From a virus: DNA of 64,000 bases. The DNA is taken from positions 118,860 through 182,859 of IMG/VR virus record IMGVR_UViG_3300042013_000056; one strand, 5' to 3'. Below the pieces are notes generated by a model, which was given only the letters and a program-made list of their open reading frames with translations, ran no database searches and was not told the DNA's origin. The translations under genes and the position numbers were made by a program. Below are positions 30,723 through 41,723 of the stretch, one piece after another; positions within the stretch are counted from its first letter, which is position 1, and each line of letters begins with the position of its first letter.

Positions 30723-30761
30723 CATAAATACATCATATCACTTATTTACTAAGGTATTTAT
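30723..30761. promoter_or_regulatory. Divergent late promoters (CATAAATA on +; GTAAATA and ATAAATA on -)
   Basis: T4-type late -10 boxes at the switch point between gp4 and gp48. Confidence 0.7.
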
Positions 30762-30763
30762 TC

Positions 30764-31669
30764 ATGTCTGTAATCAGCAATCTACTCGACAAGGGTAAAA
30801 ACTTTGTCACAAGTACAGGGTCCGATATCGCAAATGGCGCATCATCCCTGAACAAAAAATTTAACGCATATGCTGGTAGTGGCAATACCGGTGGTACTAC
30901 CCGTGGTAACTGGAAATATCCACTGACCCTGCAAGCATCACAGCACACATCCCGACTAGCATTTACCGCAACAAACGCAATTTCCGGTGATGAACCTGAT
31001 GCTGGCCGCTCTAAAGCGTTCGGTGAATTCAAACGAATGATGTTCCGTGATGTCGGCTCTGTGTTCCTGTATATGCCAAAACTCCAACAATCCTACACAC
31101 AGAACTATTCTGATGACGGAAGGGGGCTAATATGGCAGATGGTTAACGCGTTCCAAGCCGCTGGGGGTGTCGATAAGTTTGGTGATGCCAGTGCCGCTGC
31201 TTTGAAAACTGGTGTGGCTCAAGTTGCCAACACAGCAGCACCCGGATTGGTCCGTGACTTCTCTCAAGTGGTTAAGAACCAACACATGTCGTCCCACTTC
31301 ACCGGCACGCAATTGCGCAGACAGAAGTTTGATTTTGAATTGCGTCCGCGCAATGAAGATGAATTGATTCAGATCGCCGGGATTATCCAGTTCTTTGCTG
31401 CGAACTCTGCTACTAACTTGAGTTCCGGTGACACCATGGGTACTCCATGCCGTTGGATCATTGAAGAAATCACAACCGATAGTGCCAACCGCCATATCAA
31501 ACCTTTTAGATTTGGTCCAGCGTTCTTGGCTGATGTATCGATTGATAAAACGCCTGATGGTTCGTGGAAAACATTCGAGTCCGGTGACCCAATTGGGATT
31601 AACCTGACACTTGAATTCGTTGAAATCACCATTGTTACGAAACAAGATATCGAGGATTTGGGTCTGTGA
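30764..31669 (+). CDS. gp48: Baseplate tail-tube cap
   Basis: YPL...FLYMP...NQHM...LRRQKFDFELRPRN...FVEITIVTK. Confidence 0.8.
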   Translation: MSVISNLLDKGKNFVTSTGSDIANGASSLNKKFNAYAGSGNTGGTTRGNWKYPLTLQASQHTSRLAFTATNAISGDEPDAGRSKAFGEFKRMMFRDVGSVFLYMPKLQQSYTQNYSDDGRGLIWQMVNAFQAAGGVDKFGDASAAALKTGVAQVANTAAPGLVRDFSQVVKNQHMSSHFTGTQLRRQKFDFELRPRNEDELIQIAGIIQFFAANSATNLSSGDTMGTPCRWIIEEITTDSANRHIKPFRFGPAFLADVSIDKTPDGSWKTFESGDPIGINLTLEFVEITIVTKQDIEDLGL

Positions 31670-32223
31670 TTCTAAATAGATTCCCTTCGATCACTTATGA
31701 CGGTTACAAAATCCCAAACTTGATGATAAATTTGGGGTTGACCTACGATTTGATCAAGGCACAGTTTACACACCGTAGTTTTACAATCATCGGGGCACCA
31801 CGCCCGGAACAACTATCATACGGCATCTATGGATCACCCGATTATGAATGGGTTCTGTTGTTGATCAACGGGGTTATCGATCCATGGTATGGTTGGATCA
31901 AAGAAGATGACGTTGTTCGGGAATATGCGGAAAAGAAGTATGAAAAGTTTGGTGGTGCGGATGGTGTACATCACTATTACGATCCAATTACCGAAGAAGA
32001 ATACTTTAACGTTGTGCGACCCGATCCATTGATTAACAAATGGTACAACACATTGGACATCGACAAACTGGCATTACAGTTTGAGGGTCAGTTGATTCCT
32101 GTAACAAACGTTGAATATGAAATTAACGAAAATGAGACACTTCGCAAAATTTCTATCATACCCCCAAATGAAATTCGTGCGTTTGTAGATACATTTGAGA
32201 GAGTACAGAATGGGCGTAGTTAA
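31666..32223 (+). CDS. gp53: Baseplate wedge subunit
   Basis: RPEQLSYGIYGSPDYEWVLLLINGVIDPW (LysM-like). Confidence 0.88.
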   Translation: MILNRFPSITYDGYKIPNLMINLGLTYDLIKAQFTHRSFTIIGAPRPEQLSYGIYGSPDYEWVLLLINGVIDPWYGWIKEDDVVREYAEKKYEKFGGADGVHHYYDPITEEEYFNVVRPDPLINKWYNTLDIDKLALQFEGQLIPVTNVEYEINENETLRKISIIPPNEIRAFVDTFERVQNGRS

Positions 32224-33433
32224 TTCGATTCAAACACCATCGAATAGCCATATCATCAACTACATGACTCTGATCAACTACAATGGTCAGAAGTATGATG
32301 TAACGCAGATTATGCAGAAGTTGATTATCTATGAAGATTTGATTAGCAAGGGTTACCAGCATGGATCGATTTCTATGCTGGATGACAACGCATTACATTT
32401 AAACCTTCCAATCATTGGACAAGAATTTTTGGAAGTGTCGTTCAAAACCCGTACAAACGGTGGTTATGTTGGCCAAACTGAATACGTCAAGAAGTACAAG
32501 ATTGTTTCCGTGGAAGATTTATCAAAACAGAAAGATTCTGGCAACCAAGTTCTAGTTTTAAACTTTGTGTCGGAAGGATACTGGCTATCGGAAACGCATT
32601 TGTTCTCCAAGTCGTACAAAAGTACACTGACATCGGATTTGGTATTGGATTTGATGCAAACCGCATTGGGTCTAACAGTTCAGGTTGAACCGACATTGTA
32701 CCCGCGTGATTGGGTAATCCCAAACATTCAGGCATTTGACTTCATCTATCGTTTGACGAACGAATCGACCAGCAAAGAAAACCTGTCTTCCGATTATAGA
32801 TTCTTTGAAAACATTGATGGTTTCCACTTCAAATCGTTGTATACCTTATCCCAAGCCGATTTCAAACAACGGTTGACTGCTGGTCCTGCTAACGTGGTTG
32901 AATATGACCGCATGCAAATCAGCGATCAAAAGAAAGATGTTCATTTTGATATAGAACGTCAATCACGCGGTGGTATCCAAGTAACGATTGATGAACTTGA
33001 TACAATTCAGAAACGAACCATCCGATCACAATTAGATTACAAGGGATACCGTACCGCATATACCGGTATGAATCCATCCCCGCTATATCTGGGTAACCTA
33101 GATTACCCAACTGATATGTACTACCGCATTAGTTCTGGTAACCAAGCCTATCAATCCAACCGCGAAACTGACATCAACCAACGTGTAAAGCGTGTGATGA
33201 ACAGAACTCTACTGGATTCTTCACAACATACATTGAAGATTCCCGGAAGCATTGACTTGAAACTTGGTGAAACCATTTGGCTTGACTTTGAATACAACGG
33301 CCAGCTTGACCAAACTACTACTGGTAAGTATTTGATATGCAAAATCAAACATGAAATTGCACAAAATGAATATACGATGACTATGAATATCCGCAAGGAT
33401 TCTAATGTCCAAGGTGATAAAGTTGAAAGCTGA
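32210..33433 (+). CDS. Baseplate hub (gp27-like)
   Basis: IYEDL...LPIIGQEFLEVSF, YRFFENIDGFHFKSL, GKYLICKIKH; between gp53 and gp5. Confidence 0.7.
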   Translation: MGVVNSIQTPSNSHIINYMTLINYNGQKYDVTQIMQKLIIYEDLISKGYQHGSISMLDDNALHLNLPIIGQEFLEVSFKTRTNGGYVGQTEYVKKYKIVSVEDLSKQKDSGNQVLVLNFVSEGYWLSETHLFSKSYKSTLTSDLVLDLMQTALGLTVQVEPTLYPRDWVIPNIQAFDFIYRLTNESTSKENLSSDYRFFENIDGFHFKSLYTLSQADFKQRLTAGPANVVEYDRMQISDQKKDVHFDIERQSRGGIQVTIDELDTIQKRTIRSQLDYKGYRTAYTGMNPSPLYLGNLDYPTDMYYRISSGNQAYQSNRETDINQRVKRVMNRTLLDSSQHTLKIPGSIDLKLGETIWLDFEYNGQLDQTTTGKYLICKIKHEIAQNEYTMTMNIRKDSNVQGDKVES

Positions 33434-34685
33434 TAATATTTTTGATTTGTTTTGGTTTTTTGGTAAGGTTGAAGACCGTAATGACCCGATGGAACTTGGC
33501 AGACTCCGAGTTCGTGTGTATGGCATCCATACCCCGGATAAGGTAAAGGACCAGTTCAAAGGTATTCCAACAGATGAACTTCTGTGGTCGCAGCCGGTAA
33601 TGGGTATTCGGTCTGCTGCAATGAACGGTATTGGTGACTCTCCAAGCGGCGCTGTTGAGGGTACGATGGTTTTCGGGTTCTTCCTTGATGGTCGTCTGGC
33701 TCAAGACCCATTCGTCCTAGGCACGCTTGCAGGGATTCCTGTAGATGGTGCCGACCCAACCCAAGGGTTCAACGATCCAAAGGGTGTGTACCCAAAGTAC
33801 CTGAATGAATCTGATGTTAGCCGTCTGGCTCGAACTGCGTATATGACGCATCCGGGTTTATCCGCCAAGTTCAACAACATGGTCAAAGACATTCCATCGG
33901 GTGCAGATGAAATTGCAAACACTGGTGTTCCCGGAAGTTCGGATACACCCGGAACTAAATGGAGTGAGCCAGCACCAGCCAATTCCCCACGATATCCATA
34001 CAACAAAGTTCGTGAAACAGAAGCTGGTCATATCGAAGAATACGATGATTCACCGGGTGCAGAGCGTATGCACTGGATGCATGGACCATCTGGAACTTAT
34101 GAAGAATGGCGACCAGACGGTTCGAAGTCGGCAAAGACCAACGGTGATGAAGTTTATATCATTATCGGTAACAAGAAACATATGGTCAGTGGCGATTCTC
34201 AAATTACAATCGTAGGCAATGCGAAAATTCTGGTTCAAGGCAACTTAAATGAACAAGTAAATGGAAACGTACAGCGGTTTGTGAAGGGTAACGTAGTTGA
34301 AAAGATCGAGGGTAACTTCTCCCGTGATGTTTTGGGTGAAAGCTTTACCAACGTTCAGGGCAACGTGGTTCAACGTGATGGTTCTAACAGAACCAACTTT
34401 ACAGCCATCAACAAAACAACAACTGTCGGTGCAAACAACAGCGAAACTATCAACGGTAAAAACGCAGTGCAATGTTTGGGCGACTGGACTGTAACATCTG
34501 CGGCCAAGTTCACACACATTACCGGTGGTAATCACGCACAACTGATTAGCGGTAACTACAGCATCAACGTAGCTTCGGCATACGGTTTGGCTACTGCTCA
34601 ATTTAGTGTCGGTGTTGCTGGTTCTGCAACTATTGATGCAACTGGCCCAGCGACCATTATGGGTTCGCGGGTTGATCTTAACTAA
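33405..34685 (+). CDS. gp5: Central spike gp5 (OB fold plus beta-helix), no lysozyme domain
   Basis: WFFGKVEDRNDPMELGRLRVRV; YPYNKV...GHIEEYDDSPGAER; VxGN repeats. Confidence 0.9.
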   Translation: MSKVIKLKADNIFDLFWFFGKVEDRNDPMELGRLRVRVYGIHTPDKVKDQFKGIPTDELLWSQPVMGIRSAAMNGIGDSPSGAVEGTMVFGFFLDGRLAQDPFVLGTLAGIPVDGADPTQGFNDPKGVYPKYLNESDVSRLARTAYMTHPGLSAKFNNMVKDIPSGADEIANTGVPGSSDTPGTKWSEPAPANSPRYPYNKVRETEAGHIEEYDDSPGAERMHWMHGPSGTYEEWRPDGSKSAKTNGDEVYIIIGNKKHMVSGDSQITIVGNAKILVQGNLNEQVNGNVQRFVKGNVVEKIEGNFSRDVLGESFTNVQGNVVQRDGSNRTNFTAINKTTTVGANNSETINGKNAVQCLGDWTVTSAAKFTHITGGNHAQLISGNYSINVASAYGLATAQFSVGVAGSATIDATGPATIMGSRVDLN

Positions 34686-34693
34686 GGTGATGT

Positions 34694-35368
34694 ATGCCCG
34701 ATCTACCAGAACTGCCTAATTGGCAGGATATGGAATCCGCATGTCCCGGTTTGGGGGAATTGGTCGATAAGGTCACTTCCGCCGCGAACCGGGCGGTTGA
34801 TTCCATTGTAAGTACCATTACAGACAGCCCAACCGCTGGTACAGCCGGTGGTATTGCTGCAAAAATCAGTGCTGCTGTTTCTGCTGTAACCGCCGAAGCC
34901 GAAGAACTGATGGAAACTGCGAAAGGTGCAGTTGCCGAAATCGAACAGACGCTACAAGACTTTGCCATGGAAGTTCAAGGGAAAATCGAAGAATTCCAAG
35001 CCCAGATTGAGGGGTGGATGGTTGAACTAGAAACTGCTGTAGGTGAAGCCCGTGAAGAACTGTTGCGTAAGATTGCAGAAGCCGAAGGGTTTATACAAGA
35101 CCAAATTGCAGAACTCCAAGCGGCATTGCCCGCGTGGTTGCAGAAGTCTCCACAAGAACTATTGGATGATGTAATCAATGGTATTTGTGACCCCGATGTA
35201 AGCGAGCTAGGGAAGCCTGTAGAGGGCACCGCGAAGAAAGTCGTACCATCGGAAGCCCCAACGGCTAACCCGGCTGCAACAGAAGTAGAGGTCTTTGTAC
35301 CACCAGCAAAACCACCACTTCAAACCAATCCAATACAAGTTGATCCAGAAACAGGCGTAACCCCTTAA
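34694..35368 (+). CDS. Hypothetical acidic helical protein in the spike cluster
   Basis: 224 aa, coiled-coil-like. Confidence 0.65.
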   Translation: MPDLPELPNWQDMESACPGLGELVDKVTSAANRAVDSIVSTITDSPTAGTAGGIAAKISAAVSAVTAEAEELMETAKGAVAEIEQTLQDFAMEVQGKIEEFQAQIEGWMVELETAVGEAREELLRKIAEAEGFIQDQIAELQAALPAWLQKSPQELLDDVINGICDPDVSELGKPVEGTAKKVVPSEAPTANPAATEVEVFVPPAKPPLQTNPIQVDPETGVTP

Positions 35369-36373
35369 ATGACAAACGTAACCAGAGTAGGTGATACCTG
35401 CGTACCCGGTCCAAGTGGTGGTATTTCAACAAATGCCGCTACTGGGTCACCAAACGTGTTTGCAAACCACCTACCAGTACACCGGGTCACCGACTCATGG
35501 GTACTGCCAAATGCTGCACACAAGACGGTAACCGGTTCACCAGATGTTTTTATCAATAACTTACAGGTTGCTAGAGTCTTTGATACAACTAACACAGGGT
35601 CGATTATCAACGTCGGTTCACCGAATGTGTTTGCGAATGAATCATTCATGACTGTTGCGGGTGTAACCATCCCATCAAATCAGAATTCATTCAAAAACGC
35701 AGAGCCATTGATTGATAACGTTGGACATTCTGGGATTGATGATGAATTTGAAGTGAATTCCGGGTCGGGTGTTTACCCACCGTTGCCTCAAACAACACCA
35801 CCAACACCGATTCCACCGAAAGAAATTGAACATGAAGACGATGTGCCACCACCAGAACCACCGGCCCCACCAGTTTCCGACTGTTCGATGATCACACTTC
35901 CGATTAATTATGACTTCCAGCTAAGCCCAAACTTCAAACTTCGCAACTTTTCGATCAATTGTATCTTTCCTCACACGATTAAAGCGCAAAACGGTCTAAC
36001 CGAAGCTGAAATTGTTTGTAATTTGAAAGCACTTGCGGCCAACGTGGTTGAACCAATGCGTGCGCAGTTCGGTACGTTCCGTATCAACTCTGGTTTCAGA
36101 ACAAGACAGAATGGTCGAAGTCAACATGAAAAAGGTCAGGCGTGTGACATTCAGTTCCCAAACATGAGTTACAACCAGATGTTCGCGGTTGCTCAATGGG
36201 TAAAGGATAATATCAATTACGATCAACTCCTATGGGAACATGGTAACCGACCATGGATACATGTGTCATTCAATCGTGCGGGTAACCGTCCAAAGAGTGC
36301 ATCTAATTCGGTGATGACAATGTATCAAAACCACTTTTCACCGGGTTTGAAAAAAATCGCTGGATATAGTTGA
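35369..36373 (+). CDS. PAAR-like spike tip fused to a peptidase M15 domain
   Basis: N-terminal RVGD/RVTD/RVFD and TGSPNVF repeats; Pro-rich linker; INSGFR...SQHEKGQACDI...WIHVSF. Confidence 0.82.
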   Translation: MTNVTRVGDTCVPGPSGGISTNAATGSPNVFANHLPVHRVTDSWVLPNAAHKTVTGSPDVFINNLQVARVFDTTNTGSIINVGSPNVFANESFMTVAGVTIPSNQNSFKNAEPLIDNVGHSGIDDEFEVNSGSGVYPPLPQTTPPTPIPPKEIEHEDDVPPPEPPAPPVSDCSMITLPINYDFQLSPNFKLRNFSINCIFPHTIKAQNGLTEAEIVCNLKALAANVVEPMRAQFGTFRINSGFRTRQNGRSQHEKGQACDIQFPNMSYNQMFAVAQWVKDNINYDQLLWEHGNRPWIHVSFNRAGNRPKSASNSVMTMYQNHFSPGLKKIAGYS

Positions 36374-36395
36374 TAAATAATAAAACAGAGGAACC

Positions 36396-36797
36396 ATGAT
36401 GACTACCGCCATCTATGCAGACATTAGAAAAAACATGTTGATGGATTCACTGACATCCGACGTATCGGTTGCAGTGAATGATCAAGCTATTAAAGATTCG
36501 GTAATGAACTTAGTCATGACCACCCGTGGTGAAAGGTTATATCAACCCGAAATCGGGGGTGATATTTCGACTTTGCTATTCGAATTGATGTCACCGGAAA
36601 CAACATATCTGCTGCAAAGAGCTATTCAGGAAGTGATTACCAACTGGGAGCCTAGAGCGGTATTGGATCGAGTTGATATCATACCTGATTATGATAACAA
36701 CCATTACTCAATCACGATCCGTTTCTACACTAAATATAACCTTGAGGTTTCACAATCCGTGAATTTGAACCTTACATCTAAGGCACAAGCTACATGA
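36396..36797 (+). CDS. gp25: Baseplate wedge / sheath nucleator
   Basis: AIKDSVMNLVMTTRGERLYQPEIG...NWEPRA. Confidence 0.92.
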   Translation: MMTTAIYADIRKNMLMDSLTSDVSVAVNDQAIKDSVMNLVMTTRGERLYQPEIGGDISTLLFELMSPETTYLLQRAIQEVITNWEPRAVLDRVDIIPDYDNNHYSITIRFYTKYNLEVSQSVNLNLTSKAQAT

Positions 36798-38641
36798 TCA
36801 ACACAGACTTCTCAGCTCTAACTTTCCAAGAAGTTAAAGCACGCATCATTAACCACTTTAAGAACAGTGATGCTTTCAAGGATTATGATTTCGTTGGGTC
36901 GCGACTGAACACATTGATCGACGGTCTGGCCTACGCGGCATTGTATCAAGGTACATTTGCAAACGCGGCATTGTTTGAAAGCTTCCTTCAATCCGCCAGA
37001 ACACGCGGTGCTGTTGTATTGGCGGCACAGAATTTGGGTTATCTGCCAGCTTCTATGCGCGGTTCGACGGTGAATCTTCCTATCACAATGACATACAACC
37101 AACCGGGCACCAAACCATTGTCGGTTAAACTCCCTTTCGGGTTTAAATTCTTCGGTACAATTGGTGATTCGAAATATGAATTTGTAACATTCAAAGAAAA
37201 CATTTTACCACGTAACAGTGCGGGTACATACACAGGCGTTATTGTTCCGGTTCAGGGTAAGCTAGTTCGACAACAATACACATGGTCAAGCGATTTGCGC
37301 ATTTTTATTCGCGACCAGACAATTGATCGTCGTTATATCCGCGTTCTAGTGAACGGTGTAGAGTATACAAAAGCCGGTAACGCCGCTCGCGTTTCGTCTC
37401 TTGACCCGGTTTACTACTTCCGTGAAACACTTGAAGGTTACACCGAACTGTACTTTGGTGCAGGTGAACTTGAAGTGATTGAAGGTCAACCAGATTTGGA
37501 AGCGTATGTTGGTGGATTAAAACCATCCGTAGGCCAACCGATTGTCGTTGAGTACCTTTCCGTGAAGGGTGCCGAAGCAAACGGCGTTAAGACATTTAAA
37601 TCTGTTGACTCAGTTCCAAATTTTGATGTTGCTATTACATTGCCAGCCGATGAACAATCAACTGGTGGTGGGGATAAAGAAGACATCGACCGTATCCGTA
37701 TCGTAGCCCCAAAGGTCTATGAGGCACAAGGTCGTTGCGTAACCGCCCAAGACTACGAAGCATTCGTTCTGCGTGAGTTTGGATCAATCGTTGATGCAAT
37801 TCGCTGTTGGGGTGACAACACTAAGCCGGGTTATGCGTTTATCGCAATCAAACCTGTTGGTGCGTTGGCTATGAGCAAAGCCCAGAAAGATGCGATTGAA
37901 GAATCATTGAAACAATACAACATTGTGACTATCAGTCCGAAGGTTGTAACGCCGGATTATCTGTTCATTGAACATACGATTGATGTTGACTACAAAGTAA
38001 CCGAGTTGAACGTTTCAGAAGATGAACTGTTCAATGCGATTCTGGGTCAGGTTGCATCGTACTACAATACAAATATCACTGCATTTGCGTCCAGTTTCCA
38101 CGTTTCTAAATTGTTGGCTTACATCGACAATACAAATTCTGCGATTCTAGGTTCTGCGTGTGGCATTCGTATGGTTAAGGAAGTTGAAGACAACTATCTT
38201 ACACCAGCATCTGGGGTTAACTTCCTGAACGTCATTACTACCAGAGAGTTTGAAAGCTCTGATATTTCGTTCAAAAAAGACCCAGCCAATGTCTACAACG
38301 TGAAATTGAAAGGTACTGATTCTGGTAAAGTTGTAATCGGTCCATTTAAAAACACATCCGGTATTGCGATTGATCCATATATCGGTACTGATTTTAATAG
38401 ACTTGGTACAGCACCAGACGATAAATATTTCGAGGTTGGTACTATCAACTATGTTACCGGGAATGTTTATTACAACCTAGCAGCGTTGGGTCAAAGTCGT
38501 GACTATTTCAACGTATCGATCCTTCGATTGTACGCAACCCCAAACGAAAGCGATATTTACACCAAAAATGGTTCGTTGATTGTATATGAACCACTGTTAA
38601 GACCAGATTATATTGCTTTGAATATTAACCCAATTCTGTAA
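36794..38641 (+). CDS. gp6: Baseplate wedge subunit
   Basis: FKDYDFVGSRLNTLID...ESFLQSARTR; EAQGRCVTAQDY. Confidence 0.93.
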   Translation: MINTDFSALTFQEVKARIINHFKNSDAFKDYDFVGSRLNTLIDGLAYAALYQGTFANAALFESFLQSARTRGAVVLAAQNLGYLPASMRGSTVNLPITMTYNQPGTKPLSVKLPFGFKFFGTIGDSKYEFVTFKENILPRNSAGTYTGVIVPVQGKLVRQQYTWSSDLRIFIRDQTIDRRYIRVLVNGVEYTKAGNAARVSSLDPVYYFRETLEGYTELYFGAGELEVIEGQPDLEAYVGGLKPSVGQPIVVEYLSVKGAEANGVKTFKSVDSVPNFDVAITLPADEQSTGGGDKEDIDRIRIVAPKVYEAQGRCVTAQDYEAFVLREFGSIVDAIRCWGDNTKPGYAFIAIKPVGALAMSKAQKDAIEESLKQYNIVTISPKVVTPDYLFIEHTIDVDYKVTELNVSEDELFNAILGQVASYYNTNITAFASSFHVSKLLAYIDNTNSAILGSACGIRMVKEVEDNYLTPASGVNFLNVITTREFESSDISFKKDPANVYNVKLKGTDSGKVVIGPFKNTSGIAIDPYIGTDFNRLGTAPDDKYFEVGTINYVTGNVYYNLAALGQSRDYFNVSILRLYATPNESDIYTKNGSLIVYEPLLRPDYIALNINPIL

Positions 38642-38651
38642 TGAGATATAC

Positions 38652-41600
38652 ATGTCACAGTCACCATCAGTAGAACAGATTCGAATCAAAAATGTTGCCG
38701 GTACATATGTCCAATTGGAATGGGATGATATCGGTGGATTGTTTACATATGAGATTCAAAAATCGGCCAATGGGGGTGCATTCATCCCCGCCGATTTTTC
38801 CACCAAACCATCCTATTTTGATCAAAATGCAACCATAAGCACGGTTTATATTTACCGCGTTCGTTCTGTGTCAACTGAATACACACCAAGTGAGTGGGCA
38901 TACACAGAACAGTTCACAACATTTGAAACCAACTCATATGCGGTTGTGTCTCAAAGTTCGGTAAATATTTACAAAAATTTCATTGACCAAAAACTAACAT
39001 ACGCTGATGACTTCATTAATTTCAATCGTGATGACATCGAAGCTGTATTGATCCGTGAGGGTTACAAATACAGCAGCGTGGATAAAAATCTTTCCGATAT
39101 AGACCAATATGTTCTATTTGAAGAAGAATCCCTGAAAATTTACGGGGATGTTTCGGCTGCGTGTGATAAACCAGTAAATTTGATCCCTGCATTTTTCAAC
39201 GATACGTTGTTTATGTTTGAAAGGTTTCAACAAATTGTACGATACTCAACAAACGGTGCGCAATCTTGGAAGACACATCACGGCGTACAAGGTCGTGTGG
39301 GTGCCCCTGTTGGTAACCAAGTAGCCGTATGTTCAGATTCATCAATGTATATCCTAGGTTATGATGGCATCTACGCGATGACATACAACACTGATGTTCG
39401 TTGGTCGTCTAACACTGATAGATTCAGTGCAAATGCGTCTTCTTTTACATCTGGTAAAGTTGGTGAATTTAGATTTATCAAACTTATTGATTTACCGTCT
39501 GGTGTTGCATATGGTTCGCTGGAAGCAATTGGCATTTCGGAAGATCATTCCAAACTGTTTGTTGCCGCGTTTGATACACTGTATACACTGAAACTCACTG
39601 ACGCTACTATTGATGTTGATGGGCATCGTCTATGGGAATCAAATTCGGTTAGAATCACCGGTAATGCAAATGCTAAAGTCAAAAACCTAGTCGGTTATAA
39701 AGATAGCGTTTATGCATATGTATACGGTTTGTTAGATACTCGAATTTCAATTAACCCGGAACTGGTTGTAGTTGATGGCCTTTTAGGTCTAGAATCAATC
39801 AACTCCGAAATCATTGTTATTGATCCTGCAAGTGGCCTTACAGTCGAACGCACTACATTGGATGGGGTTTACAAAGTTCCTAACGATGTTAGTTCTGTTT
39901 CAAGAGTATATGGCAACACAGTTACAGAGCGTGCGTTGTTGGACCCAAAAATCTCCAACCTGTCTCGTTCGTCAACCAGTTTGATCATTGATACAATAAA
40001 CATCCACTACATGGTAACTGATGATATCGATAGTGTTGAGCCACCTACACCGGGTTACGGTGACAACGATGTTGACCCAGAACGTGTTGATATCGCATCG
40101 ATGTATGTAATCGATCCATTGATTGTTACAAATATCAGATCGTTCCGTCGTCCATTGAAATCTATCGATGGTTTGGTTTGGTTCAGCCAAGAAGAAAACT
40201 ACCACTACGAATCACAATACCAGTGGTTTGCAGGTAACCGAGTTTGGGTGAACTACCACAACAAAATCTGTGTGATCGGTAAACGCAAAGACTTTGAACA
40301 TCAACTAACCAATACATCAGAAGTTTTGGTGGATGGTAAATTTACATTCTACGCTGATAACTTTGTAATCAAAGATTATCCGGGTTATGCAATTGGTGTT
40401 GTGTTCTACCGTAAAGATACCAAAGATTTGATTGGGTACTTTGCATTGGGGTACAGAACCAGAGATATTGCAACATTCACATGGATTCCTGATCGCACTG
40501 TTCTGACTGCAATTTTGGCGTCAAACGAAGTTGATATCGTAGTACCAGAACCAGAACCGGATAGTGAGTTTGATATTATCCCACCACTGGAACCACTGGC
40601 GTATCAATTCTTGCCGTCGCACTTCATTCAGACAGAGCCGCTGTATGTTGATTTTGTCAGTGAATACTTGAAGTTTCTATCAAGTGATGTCGATTCCGAC
40701 TATGGGCAGTTGCATAGTCTGTTGAGAAACCACGACGTGAACGAAACTGCGTATTTGGATATGTTTAAAAACGACTTGTCCAAGCGTAATGTGTATTTGG
40801 ATAAATCCAAGTGGGTTGAATTGTTGAAATTGACGAACAACCGTTCGTTCGATATTTACTCAATCAAAGGTATTAAAGACGCCTACACATTCTTGTTTAA
40901 GCTGCTTTACAATGAGGAAGTAATTGTTTCCACCGAAGCCGATTCTAAGTATGAATTCGATATCATTATGGATTCTTCGACATTGACATCAGATTTGGTT
41001 GGTAACAGAATCAGAACTGCGAATAATTCTGGTCAAGCGGATGTTGTTTATTATGAGCGATACTTCGATAGTGCTGGTAAAGCCTATTGGCAGGTTACTC
41101 TAAATAACATCATAGGTGAATTCGTTGTTGGTGATGTGTTGGATTCCGACGTAGATACATCGTTCACGGGTGTTGTATACCGTGGGGTTGCGGGTAAAGA
41201 GAAACCGCTAAATAACGATGAATACCTACAACGTGGGCCGACGTATTATGCGATTTCGGTACAATCTACACTACAAGTTTCCAAATACAAGGATGATGTG
41301 ATTCGATTCATTCACCCTGTAGGATTTGGATTTATCGGTATTCTGCTGATTTCGATGTTTATTAATTCTGGTGTGTCAACAACCCACCAAGAAACTATCA
41401 TTGATTTGTTGCAATCTGTTAAATGGGATACTGGGTTGCCAAGAGTTTACCCAGCGGAAATTCCAGACTTGAATGTTGATGGGTCGTACAAACGTGATCA
41501 ATATGGAGTGATTCAATACAAGGCGCATCCACAGGCCGGATTGGATTTCCCATTAACACCAACATATATGATCGATAACCCAACATTGGTTAACAATTTG

Positions 41601-41723
41601 AATGCCGCGCAGAGACGTAAAGAATCTTATCTGTTTGACTCGTCAAATATGAGATTTATTGAAACGCGGAAACTAGTTAAAGGTCGTCTAAAAGACGGTT
41701 TAAGTCAAAGGAAAGATTCTTAA
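38652..41723 (+). CDS. gp7: Baseplate wedge initiator
   Basis: 1023 aa after gp6; YSIKGIKDAYTFLFKLLYNE, FIHPVGF. Confidence 0.88.
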   Translation: MSQSPSVEQIRIKNVAGTYVQLEWDDIGGLFTYEIQKSANGGAFIPADFSTKPSYFDQNATISTVYIYRVRSVSTEYTPSEWAYTEQFTTFETNSYAVVSQSSVNIYKNFIDQKLTYADDFINFNRDDIEAVLIREGYKYSSVDKNLSDIDQYVLFEEESLKIYGDVSAACDKPVNLIPAFFNDTLFMFERFQQIVRYSTNGAQSWKTHHGVQGRVGAPVGNQVAVCSDSSMYILGYDGIYAMTYNTDVRWSSNTDRFSANASSFTSGKVGEFRFIKLIDLPSGVAYGSLEAIGISEDHSKLFVAAFDTLYTLKLTDATIDVDGHRLWESNSVRITGNANAKVKNLVGYKDSVYAYVYGLLDTRISINPELVVVDGLLGLESINSEIIVIDPASGLTVERTTLDGVYKVPNDVSSVSRVYGNTVTERALLDPKISNLSRSSTSLIIDTINIHYMVTDDIDSVEPPTPGYGDNDVDPERVDIASMYVIDPLIVTNIRSFRRPLKSIDGLVWFSQEENYHYESQYQWFAGNRVWVNYHNKICVIGKRKDFEHQLTNTSEVLVDGKFTFYADNFVIKDYPGYAIGVVFYRKDTKDLIGYFALGYRTRDIATFTWIPDRTVLTAILASNEVDIVVPEPEPDSEFDIIPPLEPLAYQFLPSHFIQTEPLYVDFVSEYLKFLSSDVDSDYGQLHSLLRNHDVNETAYLDMFKNDLSKRNVYLDKSKWVELLKLTNNRSFDIYSIKGIKDAYTFLFKLLYNEEVIVSTEADSKYEFDIIMDSSTLTSDLVGNRIRTANNSGQADVVYYERYFDSAGKAYWQVTLNNIIGEFVVGDVLDSDVDTSFTGVVYRGVAGKEKPLNNDEYLQRGPTYYAISVQSTLQVSKYKDDVIRFIHPVGFGFIGILLISMFINSGVSTTHQETIIDLLQSVKWDTGLPRVYPAEIPDLNVDGSYKRDQYGVIQYKAHPQAGLDFPLTPTYMIDNPTLVNNLNAAQRRKESYLFDSSNMRFIETRKLVKGRLKDGLSQRKDS

